64,000 nt of DNA from Leptolyngbyaceae cyanobacterium (GCA_965263355.1 CBDHHL010000056.1:608001-672000); one strand, 5' to 3'. Shown: positions 20,867-31,770, numbered from the stretch's first letter. Program-made: numbers and translations. The notes: generated by a model not told the origin, from the sequence alone.

Positions 20867-21055
20867 TTACCCTGCAGGGAAGGCACTGTAAACCTTGTGA
20901 ATGCCTTCCCAGCCATCTTTCTTACCCGCATTTTGTCTAGCAATTTTCTCAGCTGATTGAACACTTGTGGCATGAACTGACACCAATGTTTTAGTCCCCC
21001 ATTCAGAAACTAAAACATAGTAAGACCGTTCATTCGAATTCGATTTAGACAGCAT
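20867..21055 (-). CDS. Small hypothetical protein
   Basis: 62-aa ORF with a GGAG RBS upstream, filling the intergenic gap. Confidence 0.55.
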   Translation of the reverse strand: MLSKSNSNERSYYVLVSEWGTKTLVSVHATSVQSAEKIARQNAGKKDGWEGIHKVYSAFPAG

Positions 21056-21224
21056 CGTTAATGCTCCCGGCGATCACACAGATAACTCTGTGTATTGCTC
21101 TAAAATTTATGCATATTCATCAAAAATTTACCAAATTCTAAAGCAGGGAAAAAAAAATGGCAGCATGGGTCATACCCCCTAGGAAGGTGGGCGATAGGCA
21201 TCAGACCAGGCGGTTGACCACACC

Positions 21225-21917
21225 CTAAACAGGCCGTCCATAGCGGGCAGCCGCAGCATTTTCTAACCAGGCCCACAGCTGATCGCCCTGGGAAAAGTGC
21301 CACCATTCATTGGGATGCTGACGAAAGCCAGCGGCCTGCATCGTCTGGGACAATAGTGTTCGATGGCAATGAAATGTTTCTCCATCGGGGTTGTCAGCAA
21401 AATGACTTGGGTAGGAACGCTCAGAGATTTCATCAATGGCAGACCCCATATCGACGACCTGCTGCCGAGCATCTACGAGGGTAATGTCGATAGCGGCCCC
21501 GGTGCTATGGGGGGGCGGAGTAGCCGGATCGTGGCTGGGAGCTGCCCAAAACTGATAAACCTGGTGAAGGAGATCGTCTTTGGGCGCATTTTCCTCTGTA
21601 TTATCGGGGTGTTCAGTTCGCCAAACTTGCAAGCATTGTTCGTAGGTGTGATTCACCATAAACTGCTGCACGGCAATGGGACGATAGGCATCAAAAATTT
21701 GAATCTGCCAGCCAGGATTCTGGGTCTGTAAATATGCTTGGGCCTGAAATAGCGATCGCAACACCCCCTCACGCAGGTAGTACGGAGAACGATCTCCGTA
21801 GGGTGCACCCAAAACAGCATAAGGGTGGGGATCAACAATAGCAAATCGATCCAGGGGAATGGGAACCAACGATTCACCGCAGTCTCGAATTGGAATACCT
21901 TGGTAAGGTTTCAGCAT
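21225..21917 (-). CDS. D-Ala-D-Ala dipeptidase (VanX-like, peptidase M15)
   Basis: FDAYRP, PPHSTGAAID and EWWHF motifs. Confidence 0.92.
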   Translation of the reverse strand: MLKPYQGIPIRDCGESLVPIPLDRFAIVDPHPYAVLGAPYGDRSPYYLREGVLRSLFQAQAYLQTQNPGWQIQIFDAYRPIAVQQFMVNHTYEQCLQVWRTEHPDNTEENAPKDDLLHQVYQFWAAPSHDPATPPPHSTGAAIDITLVDARQQVVDMGSAIDEISERSYPSHFADNPDGETFHCHRTLLSQTMQAAGFRQHPNEWWHFSQGDQLWAWLENAAAARYGRPV

Positions 21918-21918
21918 C

Positions 21919-22557
21919 TCACCTAACCCCGACTGGCTGTTTTACCATTTCAACAAAGTTTGCCAACAGCTGCAGCCCTGTTTTAGCCGACTTCTCGGGG
22001 TGGAACTGAACAGCCATCAAATTGTCTTTAGCCACCGCTGCCGTCACCGTCTGACTCCCATGGGTAACCGTGGCCGCAACAATCGTTGGATCGCTTGTCT
22101 CTGCGTAATAAGAGTGGACAAAGTAAACCCACTCCTGGGAGGAAATTGTTGTCCAAAGGGGATGCTCGGGCTGGGTCAGGGTCAGTTGATTCCAACCCAT
22201 ATGGGGAATGGTAATGCCGGCCTCTGGCTTAAACTTACGTAGGGTCCCTTTGAGCACACCAATGCCGGGTTCCACACCTTCTTCCGAGGCTTCAAACAGT
22301 AGCTGTAGGCCGACGCAAATGCCCAGAAAAGGTTTACCACTGGCGACTACATCACGGATGGGCTGGGTGAGGTTGCGATCGCACAAATGCCGCATTGCCG
22401 GATCAAACGCGCCCACACCCGGTAGTACCACACCATCCGCCCCGTGGATCACCTCCGATTGGTCAGTTACTATTGGCGTAGCCCCAGCAAACTCCAGCCC
22501 CTTACAGGCCGAGTGCAGGTTTCCCATATCGTAATCAATCACAGCGATGGTTGGCAT
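21919..22557 (-). CDS. hisH: Imidazole glycerol phosphate synthase subunit HisH
   Basis: IDYDMGNL, LPGVGAF, GICVGLQ, PHMGWN, YFVHSY and QFHPEKS motifs; start MPTIAV at 22557. Confidence 0.97.
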   Translation of the reverse strand: MPTIAVIDYDMGNLHSACKGLEFAGATPIVTDQSEVIHGADGVVLPGVGAFDPAMRHLCDRNLTQPIRDVVASGKPFLGICVGLQLLFEASEEGVEPGIGVLKGTLRKFKPEAGITIPHMGWNQLTLTQPEHPLWTTISSQEWVYFVHSYYAETSDPTIVAATVTHGSQTVTAAVAKDNLMAVQFHPEKSAKTGLQLLANFVEMVKQPVGVR

Positions 22558-22633
22558 AGTCCCTCTGATAGGCGATGACGGCTCTATAGTTGACTGCTCT
22601 ATAGTATCGGCTTGATTGAAGGATGGGTAGGAC

Positions 22634-23137
22634 ATGGCATCACCGATATTAATCACCAGTTTTCGTCCCTGGAAAGCACATCAGGAAATTAATACCAGCG
22701 ACCTATTGCTAGCAAGAGTGGCCACAAAGCTGCCAGCAAATACGGTTGTATTACGGTGGTTACCGGTAAATTTTGACCTGGCACCGATGCAGGTGATTAA
22801 CCATATTTTTCAGTATCATCCTAAGGTTGTGATCTGCTGTGGCATGGCAGAAACACGTCAAACACTCACCGTAGAACAGTGGGGCACCTATAAAGACAGA
22901 CGACTCGCGACACCGATTAATCTGCAAACCTTGGTTAAACACACAGTTCACACCCACATTAGTAATGATGCTGGCAACTTTGTCTGTAATCGGCTCTATT
23001 ATCGAGTGCTGCATCATCTTAGGCCGCACTCTTCTAGCGCTTTGTTTGTCCATGTGCCATTGATCACCCCAGCCAACCAGGCCGTGGTTGAGTTTGACTT
23101 TCTAAAAATTGTTGACTATCTAAATTCAATCCTTTAA
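22634..23137 (+). CDS. Pyroglutamyl-peptidase I (peptidase C15)
   Basis: ILITSF.P, SNDAGNFVCNRLYY (catalytic Cys) and FVHVP (catalytic His). Confidence 0.88.
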   Translation: MASPILITSFRPWKAHQEINTSDLLLARVATKLPANTVVLRWLPVNFDLAPMQVINHIFQYHPKVVICCGMAETRQTLTVEQWGTYKDRRLATPINLQTLVKHTVHTHISNDAGNFVCNRLYYRVLHHLRPHSSSALFVHVPLITPANQAVVEFDFLKIVDYLNSIL

Positions 23138-23229
23138 TCACCCCCATTGTGCAATCAAGGGCCAAGGGAACCGATCAATTCTCCTGTATAATCCCTCTGC
23201 TCCCTTTCCCTGTGCTTTCTCTGCTACCC

Positions 23230-24567
23230 ATGTTGCCTCTGCCCTTCATTGCCCAAGCACCGCCCTCCCCACAAATCGTTCGCCCTCAGGAAGTCAGACC
23301 GTTACCGGCCCAGTTGGACAAGGTGCCAGTATTTAACAGCAACAGTCCTGAGCTGATCGGCGAGCCGGGAATTTTACTATCCACCTTTCCCCCTGAGGGC
23401 ATGGCGCAGCCAGACGCGCATTTGGATTTTGCCTTTGTAGGACGATTTGATGTGTTTGCTCACCATGTATATAGAGCAGACGATCCTGACGATCTCAGGT
23501 CTATGTATGTGGCAGTTTTAGTGCATAACCCTGGGGTAGAAACAGTGACGGTCAATGTGCTGGCTGGGGCTAGCTATCTGAGCCAGCCGGATGCACCATT
23601 TATTCCATTGCCCAGTGCGGTTCCCTTTTCGCCCCGCGACCCAGTATTTGCTGGACCGGGTAGTCGCGCTATGGGGGACCTGATCCAAAATCGTCGTCAG
23701 GCTATATTTCCATCGCAATTAGTTGTGCCACCAGGGGCCAGTGCACTATTAATGAATGTCCCGATCCCGGTGGCTGAGCTGGAGCCTCCGCTTAATGGTC
23801 GCTCCACATTGCTAGAGTTAAACAGTGACGGGCCTGTATATCTGGCGAGTTTGGCCAAGCCAGCCATCTTAGACGGCAATGAGAATGAGTTTGCACCGTC
23901 CTTAAACCAGTGGCAAACCCTATTAGAAACATCAGGGTTGGCGGGACCTCGCGATCGCACCCCCACCCCCATCACTGACAATCCAGACCAGGTAATCTAT
24001 GGTCGTGTGGCCGGTGTTGCCCAGGGCTCCAGTTGGACTGCGACTGTCACAGACCATGATGACACTGATGTCCTGACCATTCCAGCATCAGGAAACACCA
24101 TTTCCTATGGCATTAGTACACTCTATGTTGGACAAATGGGCACTAACCAAAACCAAAGCGCACCCATGCTTGTCCGTTATGACGACACAGCCTATCAAGC
24201 CCATGGCAACTATGGCATAGAGTACAATCTGGCATTTCCACTCCATAACGCCACCGATACCCCCCAAACCATCACCATCGCCCTTGAAACCCCAATCAAA
24301 GAAGATACCCTCTCAACAGCAGGTCTGCAGTTTTTCGAAACCCCACCCAACAGCACTTTTTTCCGAGGTCCAGTTCAGATTAGATATCGCGATGATGCTG
24401 GTCTACCCCACATTCGCAATATTCATCTAGTACAACTACGAGGACAACAGGCTGAGCCTCTTACTACATTGACCCTGCAACCGAGAGAAAAACGACGGGT
24501 AGAGATGATCCTACGCTATCCACCTGACTCAACACCGCCCCAAGTAATCACCATCCAAACACAATAA
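23230..24567 (+). CDS. DUF3370 family protein
   Basis: QEVRPLP..LD.VPVFNSNSPE...GILLSTFP, AHGNYGIEY and YPPDSTPPQVITI; ATG at 23230 preferred over GTG at 23149. Confidence 0.85.
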   Translation: MLPLPFIAQAPPSPQIVRPQEVRPLPAQLDKVPVFNSNSPELIGEPGILLSTFPPEGMAQPDAHLDFAFVGRFDVFAHHVYRADDPDDLRSMYVAVLVHNPGVETVTVNVLAGASYLSQPDAPFIPLPSAVPFSPRDPVFAGPGSRAMGDLIQNRRQAIFPSQLVVPPGASALLMNVPIPVAELEPPLNGRSTLLELNSDGPVYLASLAKPAILDGNENEFAPSLNQWQTLLETSGLAGPRDRTPTPITDNPDQVIYGRVAGVAQGSSWTATVTDHDDTDVLTIPASGNTISYGISTLYVGQMGTNQNQSAPMLVRYDDTAYQAHGNYGIEYNLAFPLHNATDTPQTITIALETPIKEDTLSTAGLQFFETPPNSTFFRGPVQIRYRDDAGLPHIRNIHLVQLRGQQAEPLTTLTLQPREKRRVEMILRYPPDSTPPQVITIQTQ

Positions 24568-24849
24568 TGAGTGGCAAACTATGCAATAAAATCATCCCAT
24601 GATGAAGAAATAACACTAGGTCGGCGTATGTGTAGCTGAACTTACAATTAGCGTCGCCTTAAATAGGGAAGATCCCTAGTATGAGTCTAACTTTCGAGTT
24701 ATGCTCGTAGTAGAAGACGCAGGTGTATTCCACGAGTACTTCATCAATATCGGATTAATCAATTGGTGAATTCTCGGATAGTTCTTAGAATGGGACATTG
24801 AGCACCGTCTGTACGAACCCCTGCTAAATATGGGGGATAGATAGCAAGC

Positions 24850-26172
24850 ATGTCAAATACATCCATTGTTGGTCAGCTAAACCACAAAATTCAGAAAGCG
24901 AAAGAGAGCTTATTCACCGGAATTCTTGCCATTGGCACCAACGCAGAAGAGGTTGAATGGTTTCTATATTTTCTCGTTGGTCAAATTGTTTGGGCGAATA
25001 CTCGTACCCATTCGAAACGTCGTTGGCATAGGCAATTTCTTAAATATTCTGCAAACCTGCGCCCACAAACTATTAATGACATTGCCCATCATCCTCAAAA
25101 CTACAAGGCGGTGGCGCAGCTTGTCATGCAGCAAAAGTTTAGTCGAGAGCAGTTTTCTCAAATAGTCGTAGGCTGCATATCCGAAGTTTTATTTGATATT
25201 ATCCACCAGGCAACCCTGGCCTATAGCCTCTCAAAGGCTCAGCTTACTTATAAAGTTAGCACCCGCAATGGAGCCAACTTTCCTTGTATTGGTCTACATC
25301 GAGAACCTGTTTGGGATCAGGTCAAACAAGACTGGCAAGTCTGGCAACAGGCAAAGCTGATTGATTATTGTCCAAACCTAGCCCCTGTTATTGTTCGAGC
25401 TGACATCCTCAAAGAGCGCACTTCCGAAGCTACGTATCAGGACTTAGGAAAATTAGCCAATGGCCAACAAACTTTGCGAGACTTAGCTGTACACACTGGT
25501 CAACCCCTGGTCACATTAACTCAATCACTGGTTCCCCATATACGTCGGGATTTGATCAAACTGGTCAAAGTAAATGACTTGTCATCGAGTAAACAGTCCT
25601 TACAACGGTCCGTACCAACGTTGGTAAGATCTACTGTTAACAAAAATAGCTTAACTAATGGGTCAGCATTAAAATCTGGTTCCTTATGTGTTGTCGGGTC
25701 AGGCCCTGTAGCCAGCAAATTTAATCTGCCTAGAGACAAAGCCGTTGTTGCTTATGTCGACGACAATCCAGCCGATAGTCAAATCATGGCCAGTATTTTC
25801 CAGGGATCAGACTATCGATATGTCAATATCCCAGACCCATTACAGGCGCTTCCCAAACTGTTAGCGCTGAAACCTCAGCTCATTTTTCTTGACCTGGTTA
25901 TGCCTGTGGTCAATGGGTATGAGCTATGTGCTCAGATTCGCAGAGTCTCAGCACTTAAAGAGGTTCCCATCATTATCATGACCAATAACGACGGTATTCC
26001 TGATCGGGTACGCGCTAAGGTTGTTGGTTCCAATGGTTTCTTAGGCAAGCCCATCAATCCGAAGCGGGTTTTAAAGGTCGTTCTTAAATATCTGAATTCC
26101 AAACCTGTGGTATCACCGGGCCTAGCTCATTTTCATGGCAATCTACTGCCGACTGTTAGCGGGTCCGTGTAA
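24850..26172 (+). CDS. PatA-family response regulator (PATAN/DUF4388 plus C-terminal REC)
   Basis: N-terminal FTGIL..W.LYFLVGQIVWA; C-terminal VDDN..FLDLVMP..NGYELC..FLGKP. Confidence 0.88.
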   Translation: MSNTSIVGQLNHKIQKAKESLFTGILAIGTNAEEVEWFLYFLVGQIVWANTRTHSKRRWHRQFLKYSANLRPQTINDIAHHPQNYKAVAQLVMQQKFSREQFSQIVVGCISEVLFDIIHQATLAYSLSKAQLTYKVSTRNGANFPCIGLHREPVWDQVKQDWQVWQQAKLIDYCPNLAPVIVRADILKERTSEATYQDLGKLANGQQTLRDLAVHTGQPLVTLTQSLVPHIRRDLIKLVKVNDLSSSKQSLQRSVPTLVRSTVNKNSLTNGSALKSGSLCVVGSGPVASKFNLPRDKAVVAYVDDNPADSQIMASIFQGSDYRYVNIPDPLQALPKLLALKPQLIFLDLVMPVVNGYELCAQIRRVSALKEVPIIIMTNNDGIPDRVRAKVVGSNGFLGKPINPKRVLKVVLKYLNSKPVVSPGLAHFHGNLLPTVSGSV

Positions 26173-26229
26173 AAGATCAGCAATGGTTAATTGCCTCTGA
26201 GTCTAACGCGTTTAATTCCTTAAGCCAGA

Positions 26230-27633
26230 ATGATTTCCCAACCGATAACCCGGCAACCACCCCCCCCCTGTTTTCAGCAGGAAGCGGCTGAATTACTTCA
26301 GCAAATCGGGGCTGAACTCCAGCAGTTGCATCAGAATTTTAATCTCCAAAAATCCCATCGCCTAATGCACCTGGCCCATACCCTCAAGGGTGCCGCTGCA
26401 ACTGTGGGCTTAGACGGGATTAAAACCACAACCCAAGCATTGGAAAATGCATTTAAAGCATTGTGCACTCCAGATGCTCGCCTTACCGCCCCAGTGTACG
26501 AGTTACTGCTTGAGGGGTACAGATGCTTGGCATTACTCCTCTCAGTCCCCCTAGCCAACAATCAAATTAATGAGTCCAAGGTATTGGACCGGATGACAGT
26601 TATTGTTGCAAAATTGCAACAAATCCTAGGGGATCGATTTGGTCAAACCAGCTATTTACCCACCTCTGCTCAGCTTGGTGTCGATGTGACTCAATCGATT
26701 TTTGAAAACGGTGTAACTGAATATTTAGATGAGCTAACCAATGCGTTGGCAAACCCTGACCCTGATTTTCTAGGGGAGTTATTGCAAGTTCAAGCAGATG
26801 TATTTATTGGTCTGGGAGAATCTTTAAACTTACCGGGATTTGGCAAAATTGCCCAAGCTACTCTAACCGCCCTAAGCCAACATCCTGAGCAGGTTATACC
26901 GATTGCTCAACTGGCTTTACATGATTATCGGGCTGGTCAGGCATATGTGCTTAATGGCGATCGCAACCAGGGCGGTACCCCCAGCCCAGCCTTAATCCAG
27001 CTAGGCACTTGTCAACAAACCCAACCCAATTGGGTTAAAACTCTCTGGCAGCGGTTAAATCAACCGATTTCACCTTTAAATCTGATACCGCAAGTAAAAC
27101 CATCTCAGCCAGGGCCAGCAACCACCAATCAAAAACAGCCCCTAAGCCAGCTATTTCAACAGTGCCATAAAGAGTTGAATCAGTTAACCCAGCAACAGGG
27201 TAAACCTGTTGTAGTCAAGCTTAAGGGAGAAGATGTACGGCTTGATCCAGCTATTGTCAATCAGCTACAGGCCCCACTTCTGCACCTGACGCGCAATGCC
27301 TTTAACCATGACATTGAGATACCTGTTGTGCGCCGACGCCAGGGCAAATCAGCCGTGGGTAAAATTCAACTAGCCGCCAAACAAGCTGAGCAGTATGTCG
27401 TGATATGTGTTTGGGACGATGGCTGTGGACCCAACCCAGAAACCATTCGCCAGCAAGTACACCCTCATATTGAGGCACTTAAGGGCATTATTACCGCCGC
27501 CTATCACCCAGGTAAAGGCACCTGTTTTACTTTAACAATTCCTGCTAGTAGCGATTGGAAGTGCGTGACTCAAGCACCCTACGCTTGCTCACGACAACCA
27601 ATGAGTCAAGAGAATGCCAATTTTTCAAGCTAG
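26230..27633 (+). CDS. Hpt-domain protein with degenerate CheA-like ATPase region
   Basis: AHTLKGAA Hpt motif; LLHLTRNAFNHDIE, DDGCG and PGKGTCFTL; no CheW or REC domain. Confidence 0.82.
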   Translation: MISQPITRQPPPPCFQQEAAELLQQIGAELQQLHQNFNLQKSHRLMHLAHTLKGAAATVGLDGIKTTTQALENAFKALCTPDARLTAPVYELLLEGYRCLALLLSVPLANNQINESKVLDRMTVIVAKLQQILGDRFGQTSYLPTSAQLGVDVTQSIFENGVTEYLDELTNALANPDPDFLGELLQVQADVFIGLGESLNLPGFGKIAQATLTALSQHPEQVIPIAQLALHDYRAGQAYVLNGDRNQGGTPSPALIQLGTCQQTQPNWVKTLWQRLNQPISPLNLIPQVKPSQPGPATTNQKQPLSQLFQQCHKELNQLTQQQGKPVVVKLKGEDVRLDPAIVNQLQAPLLHLTRNAFNHDIEIPVVRRRQGKSAVGKIQLAAKQAEQYVVICVWDDGCGPNPETIRQQVHPHIEALKGIITAAYHPGKGTCFTLTIPASSDWKCVTQAPYACSRQPMSQENANFSS

Positions 27634-27782
27634 AGGAACTGCCAATTAATACCATTCCAAGCCACGTTGAGCGCATATACGACGCCATGAAAACGCCACA
27701 TACAACTACTATTTTTCGCCGTCAAACGGCTCCCCCATTACAAGAAAAATTTAAAAACTTCCAAAATGAGAATTCTGTCTAA
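27582..27782 (+). pseudogene. Probable C-terminal remnant of a NUDIX hydrolase
   Basis: LTTTNESRECQFFKLEELPINTIPSHVERIYDA resembles the NUDIX C-terminal E...FF...LP segment; no Nudix box or N-terminus is present. Confidence 0.45.
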
Positions 27783-27888
27783 ACGAGTGAATACGTCTGG
27801 CATGACTCTCAAAACTCTTACTCTAAGATAAAATCAGGCTATCTGATAGCTTAAAAACAGTACTGTAGATACAGTTAAACTAGCTGGT

Positions 27889-30800
27889 CTAAGCGCTCTT
27901 CGACTTACGTAGCATCTGAAACCACTGATGTAACAACAACACCCGAATTCGATAACAATCATACCCATCCGGATGCTCTGTCTGCTCAATGATGCCAAAA
28001 TTCTGCAGTACGTGCATCGCATCTAAACACTGAATCTCCGAAATATTTAACTTCTTAGCCAAGAACCCCAACAGCGTCCTTGCCCGCAGCCAGCCATCCA
28101 TATTATTAGACGTCGCCGTCATAATACTCAAAGCATTCAAAACATGATGCACCCTAGGCTTTGACTTATAAGACCTAAGCTCACCAATCATGGCATGCTC
28201 GACATAGGCTTTTAACGGCTGGTCTCGGAAAACTTTTCTCAAATGCAGCTGAGCAAACACATAGGTTATCTGGCCCGTTGTATTCACCTCAGGTTGTGTT
28301 TCGGCCTTCCTCACCAAAAAGCCCGCTACCTTTCTCAGCAAAAATGGATGCCCACCGCTAAGTCTGTGGATCGCCTGTATCGTCTGGCGATCAAAGTCCC
28401 ACTTCATCAAACTGCCAATACCATTGATTAATGATGACGATTCTTGAATAGAAAACGGTTTTAAAAAAGACTCCTTAAAAAATCGATGCAATGGATTTTT
28501 AGCCGTCTCAGAAAAGTTCCACTGCTTAAGTCGATTACACTGAGGTCGTACAGCCGTTACTACCAAAGAAACCAGCTGCTCTTTTTGGCTCAAAGCATGT
28601 AACGAACTAAATACAAAGTTGAACTCTTCGGCTTTCTCTTCAAATTTTTCGTTAGAGCTTGGAAAAAGCTTATCTAAATTGTCCAAACAACATAGAATAG
28701 GAAGCTCATAACCTACACCCTCAAGATCCTTCGCGAGTCTCTTAAAGTGCTGTTGGAACTCACGTGATGCCTCTTTTATCGGTTCATCACCTTCAGATAG
28801 GAGCGACGGCTTTTCTAATAAAGGATTTTTACCATGAACCAATGAATAAAGGTTTTGCAGAATATCATCCAGCAGCTCACAGCCATAACCAATCTCACTG
28901 TACTTCTGCAAATCCATATAGATTAAAGGGTTATCCTGACACATCAGTGATAGCTGATGAATAACCGATGATTTACCGGATTTGCGTAACCCAAAAATAC
29001 CTACGCTTTGGTTATTTTTTAGATCAGTTGCCAGTTCTACCAACAACTCTGTGCGACCAAAGAAAAGTAACTTATCACGGATAGGTTTCTTACATTTAAA
29101 GAAGTCAGTTGTGTCAGTGTATTGAATTATGTGGTTAGATAAAACCTCTTTGCAGTCATCAGCATTGGCTAAAACCCCCTCTGCCTCTGCCAAAGCAATG
29201 GGTACAACGTTAAAGTCTTGATGTACCCTCAAGTCTGCAATGAGTGCTCTCGATGCGGGTTCAGGTAGCTCTTCATATAAGATAATCCCAGTTAGGTTGG
29301 GATTATGGGTCCTAATTTCATCAGATTTTTGAAATAATGTATTGATATCGTTCTCTGTCAAATGCTCTGGCACTACAGAGACCAAGAAGGGAGGCTTTAG
29401 CCCAAATTGCTCCGGCAATTCGGTAACGAGTAAATTGTGTTCGTCTTCCTGCTTGGAAATTGCACCTACCTGATCCAAGAAACTATGGGCTGTCAACATA
29501 GCAGACCGGTAGCTGCCCACAGTCAAGGACAGAATTTGCTCTTCCACTGATGCCCAAAGCTCAGGTGAGACGCGCTTTGCTTCTTGTCGACATCTCAGCA
29601 TCAGCAATGTCACGTATAAGCAGTCTTGACAGGCTTTAGCTTCATTCCGAGACAACATCAGCCATGATTCGTCCACCTTTAGAATGCCAAGACATACTTG
29701 CTTGAGTTCTTCTACAAACTTCTGATGAATGTGGCTAGGAAATTGGGTGCCTGGTATATTCAAGCTCAGCCGATTTAGCTGTTCAAATAGTGTGAGAAAA
29801 TCAGATCCTGAAAAAATCTCATTCTTTTTTAAATCTTCATCAATAGACGCTCGCTGATCATGGCTTTTGAGATACCGCATACTGCGAACACTAGCCCGTT
29901 TACGAATTGTATTGGCTAAGGGCTTGGCTAACTGAACGGCCTTTTTAAGTTCAGTCTGAGTACGATTTCTAGTAGCTGTATCGCTGAGCTTACCGGTTTT
30001 CTTAACCTGTAAAACAACGCTTTGAAATGTATTGATTAAATGGGTTGTCAGGGTTAAATCACTGGATGCCCTGAGATTGTAGATAAAGGGTTGTAGCAAT
30101 GCTTGAACAACTTCCAACTCCCCTTTGAGCTTAGAACTCTGGGCTAGAATACGGCTATAGTGAAAAGCACGATAAAGGGCATTGGCTCGCTTTTCGATTA
30201 GCTTTTCTGGTGCGGGTTCATCTGCGGTTACCTGAGCCGCCCACATCCACAGTGAACTAAGCTTTTCCGTATTAATGTACCCTTGGGCAACCTGGTTAAG
30301 ATAAAGCAACAGGTCAATAATGTTGCTCTCATCGTATTTGAGACCAGCGATCAGTAGAAAAACTTCTTCCCAACGTTTATCGTTGGCATATTGCCGCACC
30401 ATCTTTGAAAGTGCCTGGTTACTATAGTTTTGGTGGATATACTTAGCAACCAGAAATTCCTGAAACGTTAGGTGAGAGAAGGAATAAATGCCCTTAGATT
30501 GCTCGACTAAAATACCTTGCTGGATTGCGATCGCATCTAAAATTGACTCCCCACTCAAATTACTAGGCGCGTTCAGCTCCCTTAGTAAAAAGTCTCGAAT
30601 ATGCTCAACTAAATTGACCTTAGTAAATAACAGTTTATCTTCCTTAAAGGCTTTATACGCAATCTCAGCCAGCAATTTCTCCTCTAGCTCTACATGCAGA
30701 CCCTCATAAATCCCTTCCTTTGAAACCCGCTTTTCATCAAACCATTTCTCTAACAGAATGCGTAGGCCTTCATGATAAAGAATACTTCTGTTACCAGAGA

Positions 30801-31770
30801 ACGTGAAAGAACGGCTGTAAACCAAACATAAGAAGGTTAAAAGCAATGGCGTTCTGGCCAGCTCTCGCACAGCCACATTATCGGATTTGCGAATTGATTT
30901 CCAACACTTTGCGGCCGCCTCAGTCCCCCCCTCGCCATCGGCAGAAAACCAGTTGTAGATAAAGTTCTTGATTTGCTCGTGACCATTACCCGCCAACGTT
31001 ATTTCTCGAAAGCTGGGGGATGGACTCCGATAAGCCGCCGCTCGACAAGATATCACGTAGCGATTTTTTTGATAACGTTCTACAAACGCTTCAATTTTAT
31101 CCAGAACCTTATGACGACCGGTCGATGAAACTTCGTCTAAACCATCGAATAAGATTAAAAACTGACCTTTCTTGAGGAGCTTTTCAGCAATTTCTGAGCT
31201 TTTTGGAAAATCAAATAACTCCAATTCATTAGCAATATAACCTTGAAAGCCAATTGTCCCCTCAGTAAACTTCTTCAAGTCAATCCAAATCGGAAAACAT
31301 CCGTGGTGAAACTCACTTTCGCTAACAGCTTTAATGGCTTCCAAACCAATTTTGCGAAGCAATGTAGTTTTCCCTACTCCTGGAGAGCCAATAATTGACA
31401 AATACTGTTGCTCATTAGCCACCCCTATGGCTGTTTTTTGAGACGATGAACGTGACTGTAGTTTACGATCCTTTCGAGTACGACAGGCTTTTTCCATATC
31501 ATCAATAGACATGGAGTTATTGATTTCGCTTTCTTCCAAGAACCGGACGGGAACGTAAACCGAATCCAGGCTTACGGACCTACTCATACCAAGTATTTTC
31601 AGCTTCCCGTGACGTTCTCTAAACCTATCCACATAGGCCTGAGAAGCAGACAAAATAGCTTGCCTCGTCTGTGTATTAGGACGCCTTCTAATTAAGCCAA
31701 AGAAAAATCCTCCCCTGCTCCTCAAGGCATCAATAATTAAACTCGCTAAAGATTGGGCCTCTGCAGACAT
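27889..31770 (-). CDS. NACHT (STAND) NTPase fused to a second AAA-type P-loop NTPase
   Basis: GSPGVGKT / ILFDGLDE / ISCR / TPLLL / FSHLTFQEFLVA (NACHT), then FFGR / GLRKSGKSS / LCCLDNLD / SGGHPFLL (second STAND-like ATPase). Confidence 0.9.
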   Translation of the reverse strand: MSAEAQSLASLIIDALRSRGGFFFGLIRRRPNTQTRQAILSASQAYVDRFRERHGKLKILGMSRSVSLDSVYVPVRFLEESEINNSMSIDDMEKACRTRKDRKLQSRSSSQKTAIGVANEQQYLSIIGSPGVGKTTLLRKIGLEAIKAVSESEFHHGCFPIWIDLKKFTEGTIGFQGYIANELELFDFPKSSEIAEKLLKKGQFLILFDGLDEVSSTGRHKVLDKIEAFVERYQKNRYVISCRAAAYRSPSPSFREITLAGNGHEQIKNFIYNWFSADGEGGTEAAAKCWKSIRKSDNVAVRELARTPLLLTFLCLVYSRSFTFSGNRSILYHEGLRILLEKWFDEKRVSKEGIYEGLHVELEEKLLAEIAYKAFKEDKLLFTKVNLVEHIRDFLLRELNAPSNLSGESILDAIAIQQGILVEQSKGIYSFSHLTFQEFLVAKYIHQNYSNQALSKMVRQYANDKRWEEVFLLIAGLKYDESNIIDLLLYLNQVAQGYINTEKLSSLWMWAAQVTADEPAPEKLIEKRANALYRAFHYSRILAQSSKLKGELEVVQALLQPFIYNLRASSDLTLTTHLINTFQSVVLQVKKTGKLSDTATRNRTQTELKKAVQLAKPLANTIRKRASVRSMRYLKSHDQRASIDEDLKKNEIFSGSDFLTLFEQLNRLSLNIPGTQFPSHIHQKFVEELKQVCLGILKVDESWLMLSRNEAKACQDCLYVTLLMLRCRQEAKRVSPELWASVEEQILSLTVGSYRSAMLTAHSFLDQVGAISKQEDEHNLLVTELPEQFGLKPPFLVSVVPEHLTENDINTLFQKSDEIRTHNPNLTGIILYEELPEPASRALIADLRVHQDFNVVPIALAEAEGVLANADDCKEVLSNHIIQYTDTTDFFKCKKPIRDKLLFFGRTELLVELATDLKNNQSVGIFGLRKSGKSSVIHQLSLMCQDNPLIYMDLQKYSEIGYGCELLDDILQNLYSLVHGKNPLLEKPSLLSEGDEPIKEASREFQQHFKRLAKDLEGVGYELPILCCLDNLDKLFPSSNEKFEEKAEEFNFVFSSLHALSQKEQLVSLVVTAVRPQCNRLKQWNFSETAKNPLHRFFKESFLKPFSIQESSSLINGIGSLMKWDFDRQTIQAIHRLSGGHPFLLRKVAGFLVRKAETQPEVNTTGQITYVFAQLHLRKVFRDQPLKAYVEHAMIGELRSYKSKPRVHHVLNALSIMTATSNNMDGWLRARTLLGFLAKKLNISEIQCLDAMHVLQNFGIIEQTEHPDGYDCYRIRVLLLHQWFQMLRKSKSA

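Noticed and set aside
22558..22656. N-terminal extension of hisH
   Set aside because: Overlaps the divergent peptidase start; the HisH fold begins at MPTIAVIDY.
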